Under the pieces are notes generated by a model. It searched no databases. It was given only the letters and a program-made list of their open reading frames with translations, and was not told the DNA's origin. The position numbers and the translations under genes are program-made. Shown here one piece after another: positions 37,201-51,170 of a stretch of 64,000 bases of DNA (the first letter of the stretch is position 1; every line of letters starts with the position of its first letter). Location of the stretch: NCBI RefSeq assembly GCF_000181795.1, contig NW_003526941.1:3312178-3376177 (forward strand), written 5' to 3'. This stretch comes from Trichinella spiralis. Taxonomy: Eukaryota.

Positions 37201-40200
37201 TAATTATTGTTGTTAATTTTTTACTATTAATATTTTGCTATATTCTCCATTTTTGTAAATAATATAAGAGCAATATTTATAATTTAATCTATTGTGTTGC
37301 ACAATGTATATATAAATATATATATATATATATCAACTGTTTGTTTCTCTTTATATATGTAATTTTTCTTTGAGTAATTAGTTTCAAATTTTATGATATT
37401 ACATTTGCAATGATTTGTTGCGCAGTTGATTTTGCATTGTCTGCACGTGTTCATGCTAACGGCATACATTGCGGTTTAGCAGAGTAAATTAATTTCAATA
37501 ATATGCCAAGAAATAAATGTGGATATAAATTTGAGTGAGTATAGTGTTTGCTTGTCTGTTATGCTGTTTATGGTGTTGTGGAATATTCAAATTTTTGTAA
37601 AATTTCTTTTGTCTGTTTCTTGTATGTTTTACTGTCATTGGGAAAAAAATTTCACAGTATTAGAATTAAACGAACAATATGTGTCTAACTGTTCGATAAT
37701 TTGGTGAAATTTAAATGACGTAGTCAAACGTTTATTGATTGTCAATTTATTTACATCATTCCAACTGAAGTGCTACTGCTTATTGCTTACTGCTTACTGC
37801 TGCTGCTGATGCTTTCACTGCTTCTACTTTTGCCGCCACTGCTGCTTCTGCTGGTGCTGCGGTTGCTATTAGCATACTGAATTTTGAGATTTATTTATTT
37901 ATTTATTTTTCAATTCTGTGCAAGAGATTTGGGCAAAATTTTTGACGAAAGTTCAAGTTGAGTTGAACTTTTGCAAAATGCATTTTTCGATTTCTGCAGC
38001 TCTTGCTGCGCATAATTCAATCGAAGTTATTCGAAATCTTTCTTTTCTTTATTTTTTTCCAATATTTTTATTATTTTATTTTATTTTAATGCGTTCAAAT
38101 GATGGAAATTTGATTGAACTTTTATCGATCTTTGTTTTTCCAATTTTGCATAATTTTCAATAGAATTAAACGGGTAACATCTGAAATTGCAATACTAACT
38201 AACCATTTATGTGTTTTAGCATATATTTATTTGTTTTTTCTTCATACTTTTCATTTATCGAATTTAAATTGTTTTTTTTTGAAGTTGTAATTCGATTGAG
38301 TGCGATAATTGATGCTGTATGATAAAGCATGCTATTGAAGAAAAAAAAATAAATAGATTGTGTACAGTTCATTAATTTATTCACAATTTGATTTTAACGA
38401 TGAATTTTATTTCACCAGAAAATGATGTGGAATTGCAATTTCTAAAATAATATCTATTATGATTTGTTGTTGACGTTGTTGTGATTTGAATGTTATGTTC
38501 AATTTTGTCCACAGTGATGAATATTTGCGCTGTCCACTGATTAACATAATGAAATTGGATACGGGCAAACATTTATTTATTTGTAACCTTTTACTTCTAA
38601 AACGATAAATCGATTCGATGTACTGGGAAGATGGAAGGTATTGTAGTTGAGGATGCGAGGACCTTCTTTTCAATTTTCTTTGAGTAAGGAGCAGTTTACT
38701 TTCAAAACACTGCATACGGTTGTTGTTGTCTTGATGTTTCTTCATAATTTTAATTTCCCTGTTCATTAAACTGTTGTACTTCCTCTTTTTTTGAACAAAA
38801 TTTTATACAAATTAACCGCTAGCATTTTTGCTATAGATTGTTCAATTGGATCTAATTGTGCTTTGCTCTGTTAAAAGCTCTTTGTAATATGACCATGGTG
38901 CGCTGTAAATTTTGACACTGAACAGTGAAACAGTTAAAAAGTGAAAAATTTTCCGTTCATTTTATTCATAGATAATGTTGAATTTTGGTTGTTTATTTTG
39001 TGATTGCTTTTAATAAAATTTATTTACAAAAGAAAATATAATATATTTTTATGATCAGAATTATGGATTTTTTTTTCTTTTTTCGAATTGATCCTTCATG
39101 AGGCAAGTTGATTGACCTCTGCGGTTATCGTTTTCATTGAATGCACAAAATTTTTCATTCATCCAAATTAAGCATCTTTTTCCTTTGTACCGCAATTGTT
39201 TTCCTTGATTTTGTTTCTTCGTTTTACAATTTATGAGCTTCGGTTCAGTTCAGCTTAAATGAATCGATTCACTTCTAATCTTCAACTTTAGATTACTGTA
39301 TGATGCTTACTTTTTATGCATAAATATAAATATAATCAGTAGAGTATGGTTTTTTCTCTTTTTTCTTCTTAAACTTTTTTTACTGCTTAAACTGGCGTGC
39401 AAAAAAAGGTTATGTTTCAAGCATCTGCTTCATTTCATTGGGAAAATGGTAATTGCTATTTGATTGACTTTTTTCTTTAATTTCAAATTATTTAATTAAT
39501 TTGCTGACGTTGTTAGTTCAAAATTTTGATACACTGAAAATTAATTCGCATCAGAAGAAGAAATTGAAAAATAAGCTTGACCATTTTATTACAATTAAAT
39601 GCTTTACCATGAGCAAAAAATGGGAATATCACGTCGTCAGAATGCCATTCTGCTGCTGCATCTCTGAGGCTAATGCGGTTAAGCAAAAATTCGATTTTCC
39701 CCTTCTCCCTCCCCCCTCTCTCTCTCTCTCAGCTGAAGTATTGTTTACAGCACTGACAATATATATATATATGTATAGTTTTCGTAGCTTTTGTTTTTTT
39801 TAATATTTTATAATTTGAATAATATTTTGTTTTATGTATTTTTTGTTCAATTTGTTCATCTATGCAAGTGGTGCATAAAATTTTAATACCAGTGAAGTGC
39901 AATGTATACGGTATTGAATTGAATGGGAATGGAATTTTACAAATTTGAATGATATTCAGTAAATAATACAATATAAATATGGTGTGAAAGATGGGGGTGT
40001 GGATTCAATGTAAATTTAGTGCTTTACAGAATTGAAAAAGTGTAAATTATTTGTAGTATGGAGAGAACTTTTGTTTGTGCAACTTTTATTTACGTCTATT
40101 CAGTTGTTCGGTTGTTATACGAGTCAGCTGTTGTAAATAATTGCAATGAATATTCAATTTAGTAATTTAGTAATTACAATAGATGCTGGTGCACAATTGC

Positions 40201-40289
40201 AGACAGCAATTAAACTCGACGAACATTATAAGTTGGACATGCTGCAAAATTGTCGTTTGCTTTTGTTTATTAATATTATAATTTCATTC

Positions 40290-40290
<1 letters not shown>

Positions 40291-40330
<40 letters not shown>
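40291..40330. repeat. (CT)n(CA)n compound microsatellite
   Basis: Directly visible. Confidence 0.9.
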
Positions 40331-41752
40331 TGTAGAAAGTTGAACAAGCGTAAAATAGTTTTTTATTCATTTACAAAATATACTTATCGAAGCATGTTTT
40401 GAATTATTTCGAAAATTTAGTCAACTTTATATTATAGATATGAATTTTTTTAAGCATGACATTCGTCAAATTTGTCTATTTTGCTGCGATTTTATGCCAT
40501 TCCATTATTTCATACAATGCCAAAGTTGTTTTATATCGATGCTTATGCGCAACTGCATGTACGTTTCCGCTTCTTGTATCATCATCGTCTTTTTAAACTT
40601 TTATGATGTGCATTTTCAGAACTTGAGTGACATTGATTCAAATTAATATTTAAGAGATTCGGTGCTTTTGTTATTGTGCTGCTTGCTATACGAATTGAAT
40701 CTGTTCAATGACCTGGTAAGCGTATATTCATCTTTATTATTAGTAAATTGATTGATCATATTATTTTTTACATTTTCACAACCAATATTTCTATTCAATT
40801 CATAATAAATAGTACCGTTTTTGTAAAAAAAGTTTTTCAAATTTTGTACAGAAATGTTTCTTTTTGTTTTTTAAATAAAATTGTCCACTGTGTTCTTTTC
40901 TGTTAATTAGTAGGAATTTAATTCTGTACAGTATTTCAAGTTGCAGTAAGCAGAAAATAAGGTTACTATGGGCAGTTGAACGTATTATTGCATTAATATG
41001 TGTATAAAATAAAAGTTAATAATCTATTTTTATTCAGTTGTTTTCTGCACCTTGATATTTTATTTTATTTTACATTTATTTTTAACAAATGCTTGTTTAT
41101 TTTCATTGTGCTTCAATGAAATAGCCTTGTTTTCTCCGTTGTTCATGCCGTTGGTGCTTCTTGTTATTTTATTGCTAACAGTTGGTACACAAATTGTTTC
41201 TCAATTGCAATGCTCATTTCTTATAATATGTGCCGTATTGTTTTAAGGTTTTATGATCATTACATTAATGAGAGTTTGTGAAAGGGACGTAAATGAATAT
41301 TCGCATCAATTTCAAATAAGTAAATAAAATTAGAGGTAATGTGAGTAAATAGATGTATAATTCAGAATATTAGCGATTAGAAGATTAAAACTTGTTCAGC
41401 TTAAATTCATAAGCTTTAACTTTACAGCTAGTTGAGTTATGAACTGATGCGAAAATTTTCAGTTTTTCTCACATCAACATCATCTATTTGTTGTTGCTTG
41501 CAGTTATGTAACTGCAGCTAAATTATTTTTATTGTGAGTGCTGTAATTGGGCTTTTTTCAAGTTCGGTTTTGTATTTGTGGTTTCAGATGTTGAATGCTG
41601 TTTTTAAATTATAGCAATGTGTTTTGGATGTTAGAAGAATCACATGTATAATATATTTTATTTCTTATAAACAAATAAGCATGTTTTTTTTCTTTCTTTC
41701 ATTCTTTGGTTTATTTTATTCATTCTTTCTTTCTTGTCAGCTTAACTTGATC

Positions 41753-42096
41753 TGACGTCATTTGCACTTATTGAAGGCGAGTTGACAAAATGCTAATCGG
41801 TCGCTGAGCTTGGTGGGACTTAAGTGTGGTCTGAAGTGGTCCTCGGTTCGCTGAATTGCATAGCCGCTTTTAACCTCCTCCTCCTCCTCCTCCTCCTTCT
41901 TCTTCTCATTCTCCTCTGCCTGGGTTATAAGCTTCAGAGCAGTGTAAATCAGTCGATTTCAATAAGTCGAAGGTTGTTGTTAGTCCTCCGCATTTCCAAC
42001 TTCAACCACAATTTGCCAGGTGCAGTGAGCAAGTCGGTTTTATCCTTGTTAACTGAGAATTTCGCAACTTGATACTTCCTGATATGTGAATTGTTT
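41753..42096 (+). promoter_or_regulatory. Candidate promoter and non-coding first exon (CRE, (CCT)n tract, TATA-like, Inr-like, splice donor)
   Basis: TGACGTCA at 41753-41760, (CCT)n at 41873-41897, TATAAG at 41926, TCAGTC at 41949 and donor GTGAGT at 42097, in a locally GC-richer island. Confidence 0.3.
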
Positions 42097-44756
42097 GTGA
42101 GTGACGTTTATTTATTGTTTTATTGAGTTTTGGCAAGCCATATCTTAGCCTGTTTTCTTTTATATTCACGATTATGTCTACGAAAGGAATGCTTTTTTCT
42201 TTGTTTTAGAAAAAAATTACAGTACTGTACTGAATTTTTTCTTTTACTAGGAAAGTGCTAAATCTACACCATTGTTTCTTTGAAGTAATGTTTCATAAAA
42301 TTATTTTTTTTACTTCCTTTATTATTATATTTCATCGTTTAATGAAATGGTAAAGCTAAAATCGGACTTGAAATTCATTCAGCTTATATTTACAGTACTT
42401 GTAAATGAGAGTTTCAAAATTTTATTTTATTGTAATACTGTAGGTTTATTTTGAAATGTAAGTTCCATTCTTCAAGGTGTGAAAAGTGTTATTGTTGTCT
42501 TAATAAAATTGATGTACTTCATGAAACAATGATTTGAATTTTTTCATTTTTTCAGTAATATTTTTCGAAAATGTGAAAGAATATTTCCATTGTTGTGAAA
42601 TGTCATACATGATTGAACATTATCTTCTTTTTTATAGTACTAAAAAAAATTTATGATTTGAATTTAATTTAATCCTAGAACATGTCAAGTGTTATGACAG
42701 TTTTTATTTAAAAAATTTTTAAATAAAGTGGTCTAAATCAAGGTTTAGTTCAGTTTTTTTCCATTGAATTTTCGGGATAGCAGATACAATCGTATCAGTT
42801 GTTATATTGTTGTTGATGAACGATAAAGTCTGGTTGCATTTGTTGGTATTTCTGATTGTTTAGCATTATTTGATGGTAATGCTATATCAGATGTTGAACT
42901 GGTTGAAGAACTGGTTGTTCGAAATTTTTATATCATAATTTTGTGTTTGATTACAGTGATATTGTGCGGATGGAGGTGGAGTTCTTCTTTATTGTATTTT
43001 GAAAAATGACCTACTGATAGTCAGTGTGTTTAATGTGAATTTTTTTGAAAATTTTTATTCATAATTTACTGGAAGAACGTTTCATTTTCATTATCTGATA
43101 AAATATTGAAGTAAGCAAGAATGAATTTATTTTTGTTTTTTTTATAAATTTCATTTCTGTTATACTGTATAACGATGAAATCAAATATTTAAGATAGAAT
43201 GTAAATTGAACAGATGTTGAATAAGCAGTGTTCTTTTTTTATCAATTTCATTAAAATTCAGTTTAACGTGATACAAGCAAATGTTTTGCTAAAATTACAT
43301 CCAAAATATCAAGTTCCATATTTTTTTCATATTAAAGATTGCTTTCAGTTTCTTCATTATGTCACAATTGATATATATATATATATATATATATATTCAG
43401 CATTCATAATTTATTCACTTTACTTTATGTAGCATTATTCATTGTTAATTTTATGCATGTAATTGTAATGTAACATATTATAATGGAAATGTAATTAGTA
43501 ATAACATGTGTACATGTGAGTGTGTATGCCATACCATGATGTATTCCACACCTTTAAAATTATTTTTATCATGCAAATTTTGTAAATTTTTTAAAAATAG
43601 ACGTACGTATTTTTGCTGTAATTCTTTTATTAAAAAATTTGTTGAATCATTTATGAAATATTTTCACACGTATTTTATTTATCAAAATGACCACATTTAA
43701 TATTTTAGTAAAACAGCATTGATATTTGTTGAAAATACTTTATCATTTCAATCTTATTGGGTTTTTAGAATTTCAAAGGCCATTTTTTGAGTTTATTTAA
43801 AGTAATAGTGGATTTCGTAAATTTCGATGCAGGATATATATATATATATATATAGATTGAATACAAATTGAAGGGGAAATGTGTGTGTGTGTGCGTGTGT
43901 GTGTTTGAATTGAATGTTTGAAAGTGCAGTTTGTACTGTTTAGCAGGTGCTTTTATAGCTAGCTGCCAGTCATTGTAATCTTATCCATTGGAAGTTTGCA
44001 ATAAATTTGCCTACAGGCTAACAACGTACTAACTAGGCAAGCTTGGCAAACAAATGTTGTTTGCTTATCATTTAGCTTTTTGGCAATTTCGGAATAAATT
44101 GCCAAATTTCAAGACAAAGTCAACAACATCAACAATTGATCAACAGTGTATCAATAATTGATTATATATATATATATATATGCATATGTATAATGTATTT
44201 GCTTTCATATTGTGTTGTATTCGATCGTATGATCTGTTTTTTTAGTTAATGTAAAGTAGAATTATAATGATGTATCATAAATGTTTGTTGTAAGAATTTA
44301 TTTTTGAAAGAAAAATTGGTTGAATAAGTTGATTTCATGGTGAAATTTGTTGAAATTTTACTGTTTAACCCGTTAAGTTAGGTATGAAATTTGTTTTATC
44401 AATCCGGTTATATAGTTTGATAGCGTTACAATTGGGTCACGTTTGACGACGACTATCACTGTTTAGTTGCTTCTTGAATTTAGCAGTGCTAAATAGTTGT
44501 TCTTCTTTGAAAATTTCATCCAAAAAATAAACAAACGAAAAATTACAAAATGAATGCAAATAATATCCGATATCAGATTTTGTTTTTGAATTTAGTCTGT
44601 ATTTTTGCAAATTAGCCTCTCTTTTCTTACTGTAAAATTTTTATTTGAAATTAAATTTTTGCAAAAGTTTGAAGTTTGTGCAAGTAAAAATGAGTAATAG
44701 GACGCACGCCCATTCGCCAATGCAAAGAATCTTCGCTATTGGCGTGTTGGTGATAC

Positions 44757-44855
44757 TGCTGCTGTTGCTGTTGCTGTTGTTGTTGTTGTTGTTGTGTTGT
44801 TGTTGTGTTGTTTTCGTCATCATCATCATCATCATCATTGTCGTCGTCGTCGTCG
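44757..44855. repeat. Compound trinucleotide repeat (CTG/TTG)n-(CAT)n-(CGT)n
   Basis: Directly visible. It explains the three overlapping low-complexity ORFs at 44641-44890. Confidence 0.9.
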
Positions 44856-45228
44856 TTTATCGTCAAGTCATCCATCAGCATAAAATATAAACAGCGTTGA
44901 CGACTGTCAATGCACGTGGCATAACTTCAAGCTGTGCCGTTTGTCTGTGCTTGTCTTGTCTTGTCTTGTCCTGTGCTTTGTCTCCGGTGTGTGCATTTTT
45001 CGCTTTGTGCTGGTGAATTTGTAAATTTACATTCCAAACCTCAATCCGTCATCATCTGCCTCTCTATCTCTCCCTCTCTGCTTTGACTTAATTCCAATAT
45101 CTTCATCTTATTTTATCCCTCTTTGTCTCACTCTCTTTCTCTTATCAGTCAATTACCTACCTCTCTGCTTGAGGGTACTTTTAGAAATATTTTTTACAAA
45201 TTGCAAATTTTGACAACATTTTGTTGCA

Positions 45229-48200
45229 ATGGCGCCTGACTTTGAAGATTACAGCAATATTCAAATGTAAGTTTTCAGATATTCTATTATAAAGCTTTAT
45301 TTGTATTCATTTAAAAAATTTCATTTAATCTGTCATGTAAGTAAAATGCTTCTCTGTTTCATTTTCCGATTTCACTTATCATAAGAAAAATATTCAATTC
45401 TCATCACGTATTCTGTGGTAACAAAGCTTTTCTCTTTTTCCTTTCTTTTTTTTCGTAAAAAATTGTTTCCCGAAAAATAGCTTTGCAACAGTTGTCTTAC
45501 TTTTTTAATAATATCGAACTTAGTATTACGAGTCTTTGTTTAATTTTTGTATGAAAAAATCATTTGCGCTCCTCTGAAGTACTGTAGGCTAGGTATCGGC
45601 AATATTGACAATCAAGTACAAGTTCTTTTCAATTGTTTTTTGTCTTCGTATTTTTGTTTTCTTTTTTTTTCTTCAGTTAAATTTTTCAAAGCATGCCAAT
45701 AATTCAATGTTAATGTGCTATGTGTGATGATTTTGTTGCCTGCTTTGCTTTGCCTGTTTGCAGTTTTTGCTGTTTGCACAGGTTCAAGTGATGAAATTTG
45801 CCCTCTACGTTTTATTTGCCTTTTTTTATTGTGTATTATATGAGCGATATTTCGTCAGCATCAGCAGTACAACAGTAAAAGCGAAACTATATGCACGTAC
45901 GTAAAGAGTTCACCTGGTGAACGATATTGTTGTCGTACTAAATGAAATTTCACTGCTTCTGTCGTAATTTATTTCACCAACAGATGTGCTCATTTGTCAC
46001 TTTGCATCATCTTTGCACTTTCCCCCCCCCCCCACCTTCCAACAGTTCTCAACTTCAGCAAATCGGTTGTTTCTTAAAAATGTATCATTATTTTTATACG
46101 TCAAGCGCGTTCACTTTTGTTGGAACGCTTGTTCAACATAAAAAAACAAAATACACAGTTGTTTTCAGAAAATTATCAGATTTCTTTTACATCTGCACAT
46201 AATAAGTTACAAACGTATTAAAGATACTTTGCACTCTCAGAATGTGCATACCTTTAGAGAATGTACTTCTAAAAAAAATTTCTTATCCATTATTATTTCA
46301 TAACATGATGGTTAGCACGATTATTATTGAAATTTAAATATTTTACATTTCTCGTTTAATTCAATGTGTAATAATTGTCTTCGGCGTTGTTAACTGTGTT
46401 ATTAGTTTCAAATTTAAATAAGTTTTAAGTCCGATTGACCTTTTTTTAATTATGAATATTTATTTTCTTGAATAAACCGTTTGATGTAACATTACAATTT
46501 GTCTCTTTTTTCTGATTATTTAGAAGAATGTAAACGTTAGCGGGTGGGTTTGTTGTGGCGAGAGGAGTTTTTGACTCGCTTTGTTATATCTTTGACAACT
46601 GCATGTGATAAATTTATATGTAACAACTTGCATATCTGATTTTGCAGCTGCTCTCCCTTTTTCTCCATTTCAAAGTAGATCGTTGAAAAATGCATAAAAT
46701 TGAACTGCAACTAATAAAACCACCGGATGAAATTGTCCAAATGTAATGATTGACAAATTTTTTATTTAACGATATTTTCGAAATTTATGTATTTTATATA
46801 TGCATTAAATGCATTAATTTCATTTATTTAAATTATTGTTTCAAATAAAGCCAATCCTTTATTGCAATATTGCATTTTTCTGAGCGAAGGCAATTAAAAT
46901 TTATTGTTTTTATTACTGTTTGAAAACCACAAAATGAAATTATTTCAATGTTTTATTTTTGTTTTTGATATTTTATAAAGTTCACTTATGCTTATTTGTC
47001 TTGTGTGTTGTTTTGATGAGAAATTGTGCTTGCATTTCTGTACAAATTTTACTGTTTTTCAATTTATAAATACCATTCTTATTTACTGACCGGGCTGTTG
47101 GCTGAGAAATTGGCAGTTTCTGCAATTATCAGTCCATGTTAATTACTGGGCCGAGTCATTGATCGCCTTTCTCTTGCAAATAGATGGGGAGTACAAGCCT
47201 CGTAAGCTATTCGATTTCAGCTGTCCAGCAAGGCTGACCACTAGGGTCATTATTTTCTATTTTACTGTCCTCTAGACAACACGTCATGATTAAAAGTACA
47301 AAGTTGAAATTTATTCTGTATTCAAAATGCATTGTATTGTAAGCATTGTAGTGTAAGCAGTATTTGTGTTAAATTTGAACATGTTGTGTAGTTTGTTTTT
47401 ATACAGAAATTTACATTTTTTGTTATCGATCATCAATCGATTGCAGATATTGTGCGTACGGTTGTTGATGCATGTTTTATTGAAATTATTTCTTTTCAAC
47501 AATATCTTCCAGTTGTTAAAATATATCTAGAAAGAAAGACATGTAATTTACAGTTGACATCAAATTACTATTACTTTTGCTGTATTATTTTCATTTGTAG
47601 AGAATAAATTACCCGTGCAATTAATTTATCAATCATGCAAAAAGCATTCAGTGCTTTATTGGCGATTCTTTTCCGTTTTTATAAAAGCGATGTGTTCTTT
47701 TTTAGATTTGAATTTTACGCAGATTTATCAGTCGCTTCAGTCGCTTGAAATAAAGTATTATTTTTGTATACAGTGGAACTTTTGTATAAAAGTGTATTAA
47801 TTAATTGATAATATTTCTATATAAGCGGTTATTTTTGTGTGGCGAAGTGTGTGTTTTGCGTGGAAGAAATAGCGAATTGCAGGATGAAATTGTGCGTGCA
47901 ATAGCTTTGCAAAGTTCAGTTTGTAGCTTTTTGCGTGTGACACTGCTATGGTGGTGTTAGGTTAGGGGTAGATTGTTGTTCAGCGGGAACAGATGTGAAA
48001 TTGATTTTTCGGTCAGCTTTCAAACACACTTGCTCACATACATGAACGTGTGTTTAATAAGCTGTGGTGTGCATAGGACAATTTTGTCACAATATTTGCT
48101 TCTGCATTCTCTTTTACCTGCAATCATTGTAGAAGAGCAGCTCGTTTAAGCTTAGTGTTTATTTATTTATTTGTTTATTTCTGATTAATCGGTGAGTAAA

Positions 48201-51122
48201 TTTCTTGGTGATTTCTTCTAATGAACTATTTCGTAGTCTTCTAGAAAATTGTATTGAAAAATTTTTTTCAACTCATAACAAAAAACGTTTTTTTGTTCAT
48301 ACAATTTATCAGATTGAAGTATTTATATTTTAATAATTTTGAAGCTTCAAATCAGGTGTTTACTGTCATTATTTTATCGTAACCTTAGTTACAATTTGTC
48401 TGACTGTAGTTGTCAGAGTTTGTGACCAGTAATTTTTGAAAATTTTGCAATTAATTAACATTTCATTTAATAGTTATTTGGCTGTTTAGTTTTTCTATGA
48501 TAAAAATGCTTTTTATTGTTTGATTTAAGATATTAACAATTCTGAGAAATGTATTTCTTTTACGAGAAGTGTTGCTTTCAATACTGTATGTTGTTGTTGT
48601 AATGCATTATGAAATATTTGTTGTGAAATGTGATTTTTCAAATGTGTATCATGTTTTTTGCGGTTGGGTGGTTACGAATTCGGTATTTTGAAAATCTATT
48701 TTAAATTGCAATCTTGAAATGTTTTCCTTATTTATCAGTGATCTATCTGAATGTTGTTAGAAAAATTATGTTTTCATTGATAATTATGCGGTTATTTAGT
48801 TTTGAAATTTTAGAAATTGAATTCTAATTCAGTGAAATATTTTCGTGCACACAGGTAGTTTGTTAATTGCTCATTTTTGGCACGTTTAGCAGAAACGTTG
48901 TATTTTCAGAGGTAAAGAATGCGAAAACGACGCTAAATAATTCAGTGAAAGAATTTTTCAGTATGATTCTTTTTTTCACTTAGAATTGTGCCTTTTTATT
49001 GTGCAATTAATACTCTAATTTGGCATTCATGAATTGATGTGGATCAAATGGTGACGTAATTGTTGCAAATCATCGCTAAATGTGATGATGATTTGTTTGA
49101 TTTTATTTTATTCTCAAGTGATCGAGCAGTTTGACATCCATTATCAATTTTCAAATAGCTTGCGGCTGTGAAACATCTACTGAAATGCCGTCGTTAAACG
49201 TTTCCTTTATTAATTTACAATTATTAATGCTTATTTTAAAACGGTTTTCATGTTCATTGCATTAGTGGTGAGTTAGGAACAGTTTAGCATTAAATTCGAC
49301 ATTTTAAAGTCGCGTACTTTAAAATGAATACTTTACAGTATGCGTCAGTGAGTGATTTTATGATACTGTTATTTATCCACTTTAAACAGTTAGGTTAAGC
49401 GCTGTCATTGCCGGGGCAGCGTTTCAATATTGTATTTGTGACTAATCACTTTTTCCATTGCATCAGTATTCAGTGGCGCATTTGGTGGTTATATTTGTTA
49501 TCTACAGAAACGTCTGCAGTGTAATACAGATTACACTGTTGGGTGCCATCGTTTGGAAGCAACGTGTAAAGATCATTTGAAAGCTACACTTGAAGCATTT
49601 CTCATTTTCGTTTTTCATAAAGCGTTTCTGTTATTTTTCTGTGATATATAAAGTAGGTAAGAAAGGATGCAATTATAGGTTTAGTTTTTTTTTTTTGGTT
49701 GAATTAGCATGATATGTTTTGTTATTGTGAAACTGAAAAAGAATGATCGAGTAATGAAAGGAAGCTAATTAATAATAGGCTAGTTAATTTATTCAACTGT
49801 ACGATGAGATTTGTTGCTTATTTTTTATTTCTACAGCAGCAGTGATCTGAATTATCTTTCTTTATTGTGTTATATCATCAATATGGATCTCATTTCATTA
49901 GTGCAACAATTCAACAGATAAATTTTAGCAGTTATTATTATTATTGTTGTTGTTGTGCATTGATATGATTTTTTATGATTTTTCATGAAGCATCTGTTGA
50001 ATTGTTAATGAATCTTTGAATTTAACGAATTTTATGAAAGTTTCTATTTGCTTTTGAGTTTATTGACTCAGGCGTGAAAATTTGTTGGAATTGTGATTTG
50101 ATGAATTTATTATTGTCGTGTCGGCCTTATTGTTGAAAGAAAAGAGTTTGAAACGTAAAATGCAGATGAATAATTGATGTTAATTTTTGAAAATTTCAAC
50201 TCATTTCCATCTGTATCAATTCAATCATTCATTCATTGAATTTTATCCATTTGTTGCGCGCATTTGTTCTTTGAGTTCGTTTTGCTTTCGCGTATGCACA
50301 AAATAATACTCTCTGTTATACTTTTATATTTATCACATTTATATTTATAATTTTTTAAAAATGATATCTCGTTATCTGTGAATGATGCGATTGTAATAGT
50401 TGTTTTTTATTTTCTTTTTTTATTCCTTGTTTATTAATTAATTTTTTTAATTTTAATACAGTGGGATAATTTTATTTCATGTTTCCATTGTTTTTAGAGG
50501 TAACGAGACTTTTGATTACGGTGGTGGATTGTTCGATGTAGGTGGTAAAAATCCAATCGAACTTGTTATAAATTTTTTGTCCAACGCAAACATGACTGCT
50601 GTGACCGGCTCATTGGAGAAGCTCTTGTCCGAGTCTTACAAATTTATTCGCCTTGCCGATGATATCAACGATATGAAAAATTACATTAACGACATGCGGT
50701 TGTGTTTTGTGGCTTTGACTATATCCGGCTATGTCGCGATGCTCATTTATGCGATTGTACTATTCTGTGGTAGGAGGAACGGGCGCAACGCGCAACGGCG
50801 ACGACACGCATCCGGCATGGCATATATGGATGAAGAGTCGTTGGGTTGGGGTGAAAAGCCTCCAACTCAGCAGAGCATGTGTAATAGAACAACGAGCGGC
50901 GACCGTGATCCGTATTATTACAGATCGAGTTCACGAAAACCTATGCATCCGTTTAGCCGTCAGAGGTACAACATTACTGCTGCCTTAACTGATGCCGCTG
51001 CACATCCGGCGTCCGGCGATAGCGTCTGTGCCAAAGTCAATGGTCCGTTTGAAACTTCACCGTTGAACGTTACAGAGACCACGACGTCTCTTGAAGCGCC
51101 CGGCGCCGAAACGGCTCACTGA
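45229..51122 (+). CDS. Uncharacterised single-pass membrane protein, ~220 aa, 2 coding exons
   Basis: Exon 45229-45266 (MAPDFEDYSNIQ, phase-2 donor AT|GTAAGT) joins acceptor TTTTTAG|50498 in frame, and the second exon runs to TGA at 51122. It has one hydrophobic segment LCFVALTISGYVAMLIYAIVLFC followed by basic GRRNGRNAQRRR. The main exon has clear coding-like GC content. The first-exon assignment is less certain. Confidence 0.7.
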
Positions 51123-51138
51123 GTCTTACTGGTCCGGT

Positions 51139-51170
<32 letters not shown>

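Noticed and set aside
44641..44890. Poly-L/poly-Q/poly-N ORFs on both strands
   Set aside because: They arise from trinucleotide repeats and have no splice or motif support.
23300..45200. Numerous 60-120 aa F/I/L/K-rich ORFs; also scanned by eye for tRNA, snRNA/SL RNA, CRISPR-like arrays and transposase or reverse-transcriptase motifs
   Set aside because: The ORF composition is what random AT-rich DNA gives, and I recognised no RNA-gene or mobile-element signature. An Infernal/Rfam and RepeatModeler run would be needed to exclude them properly.
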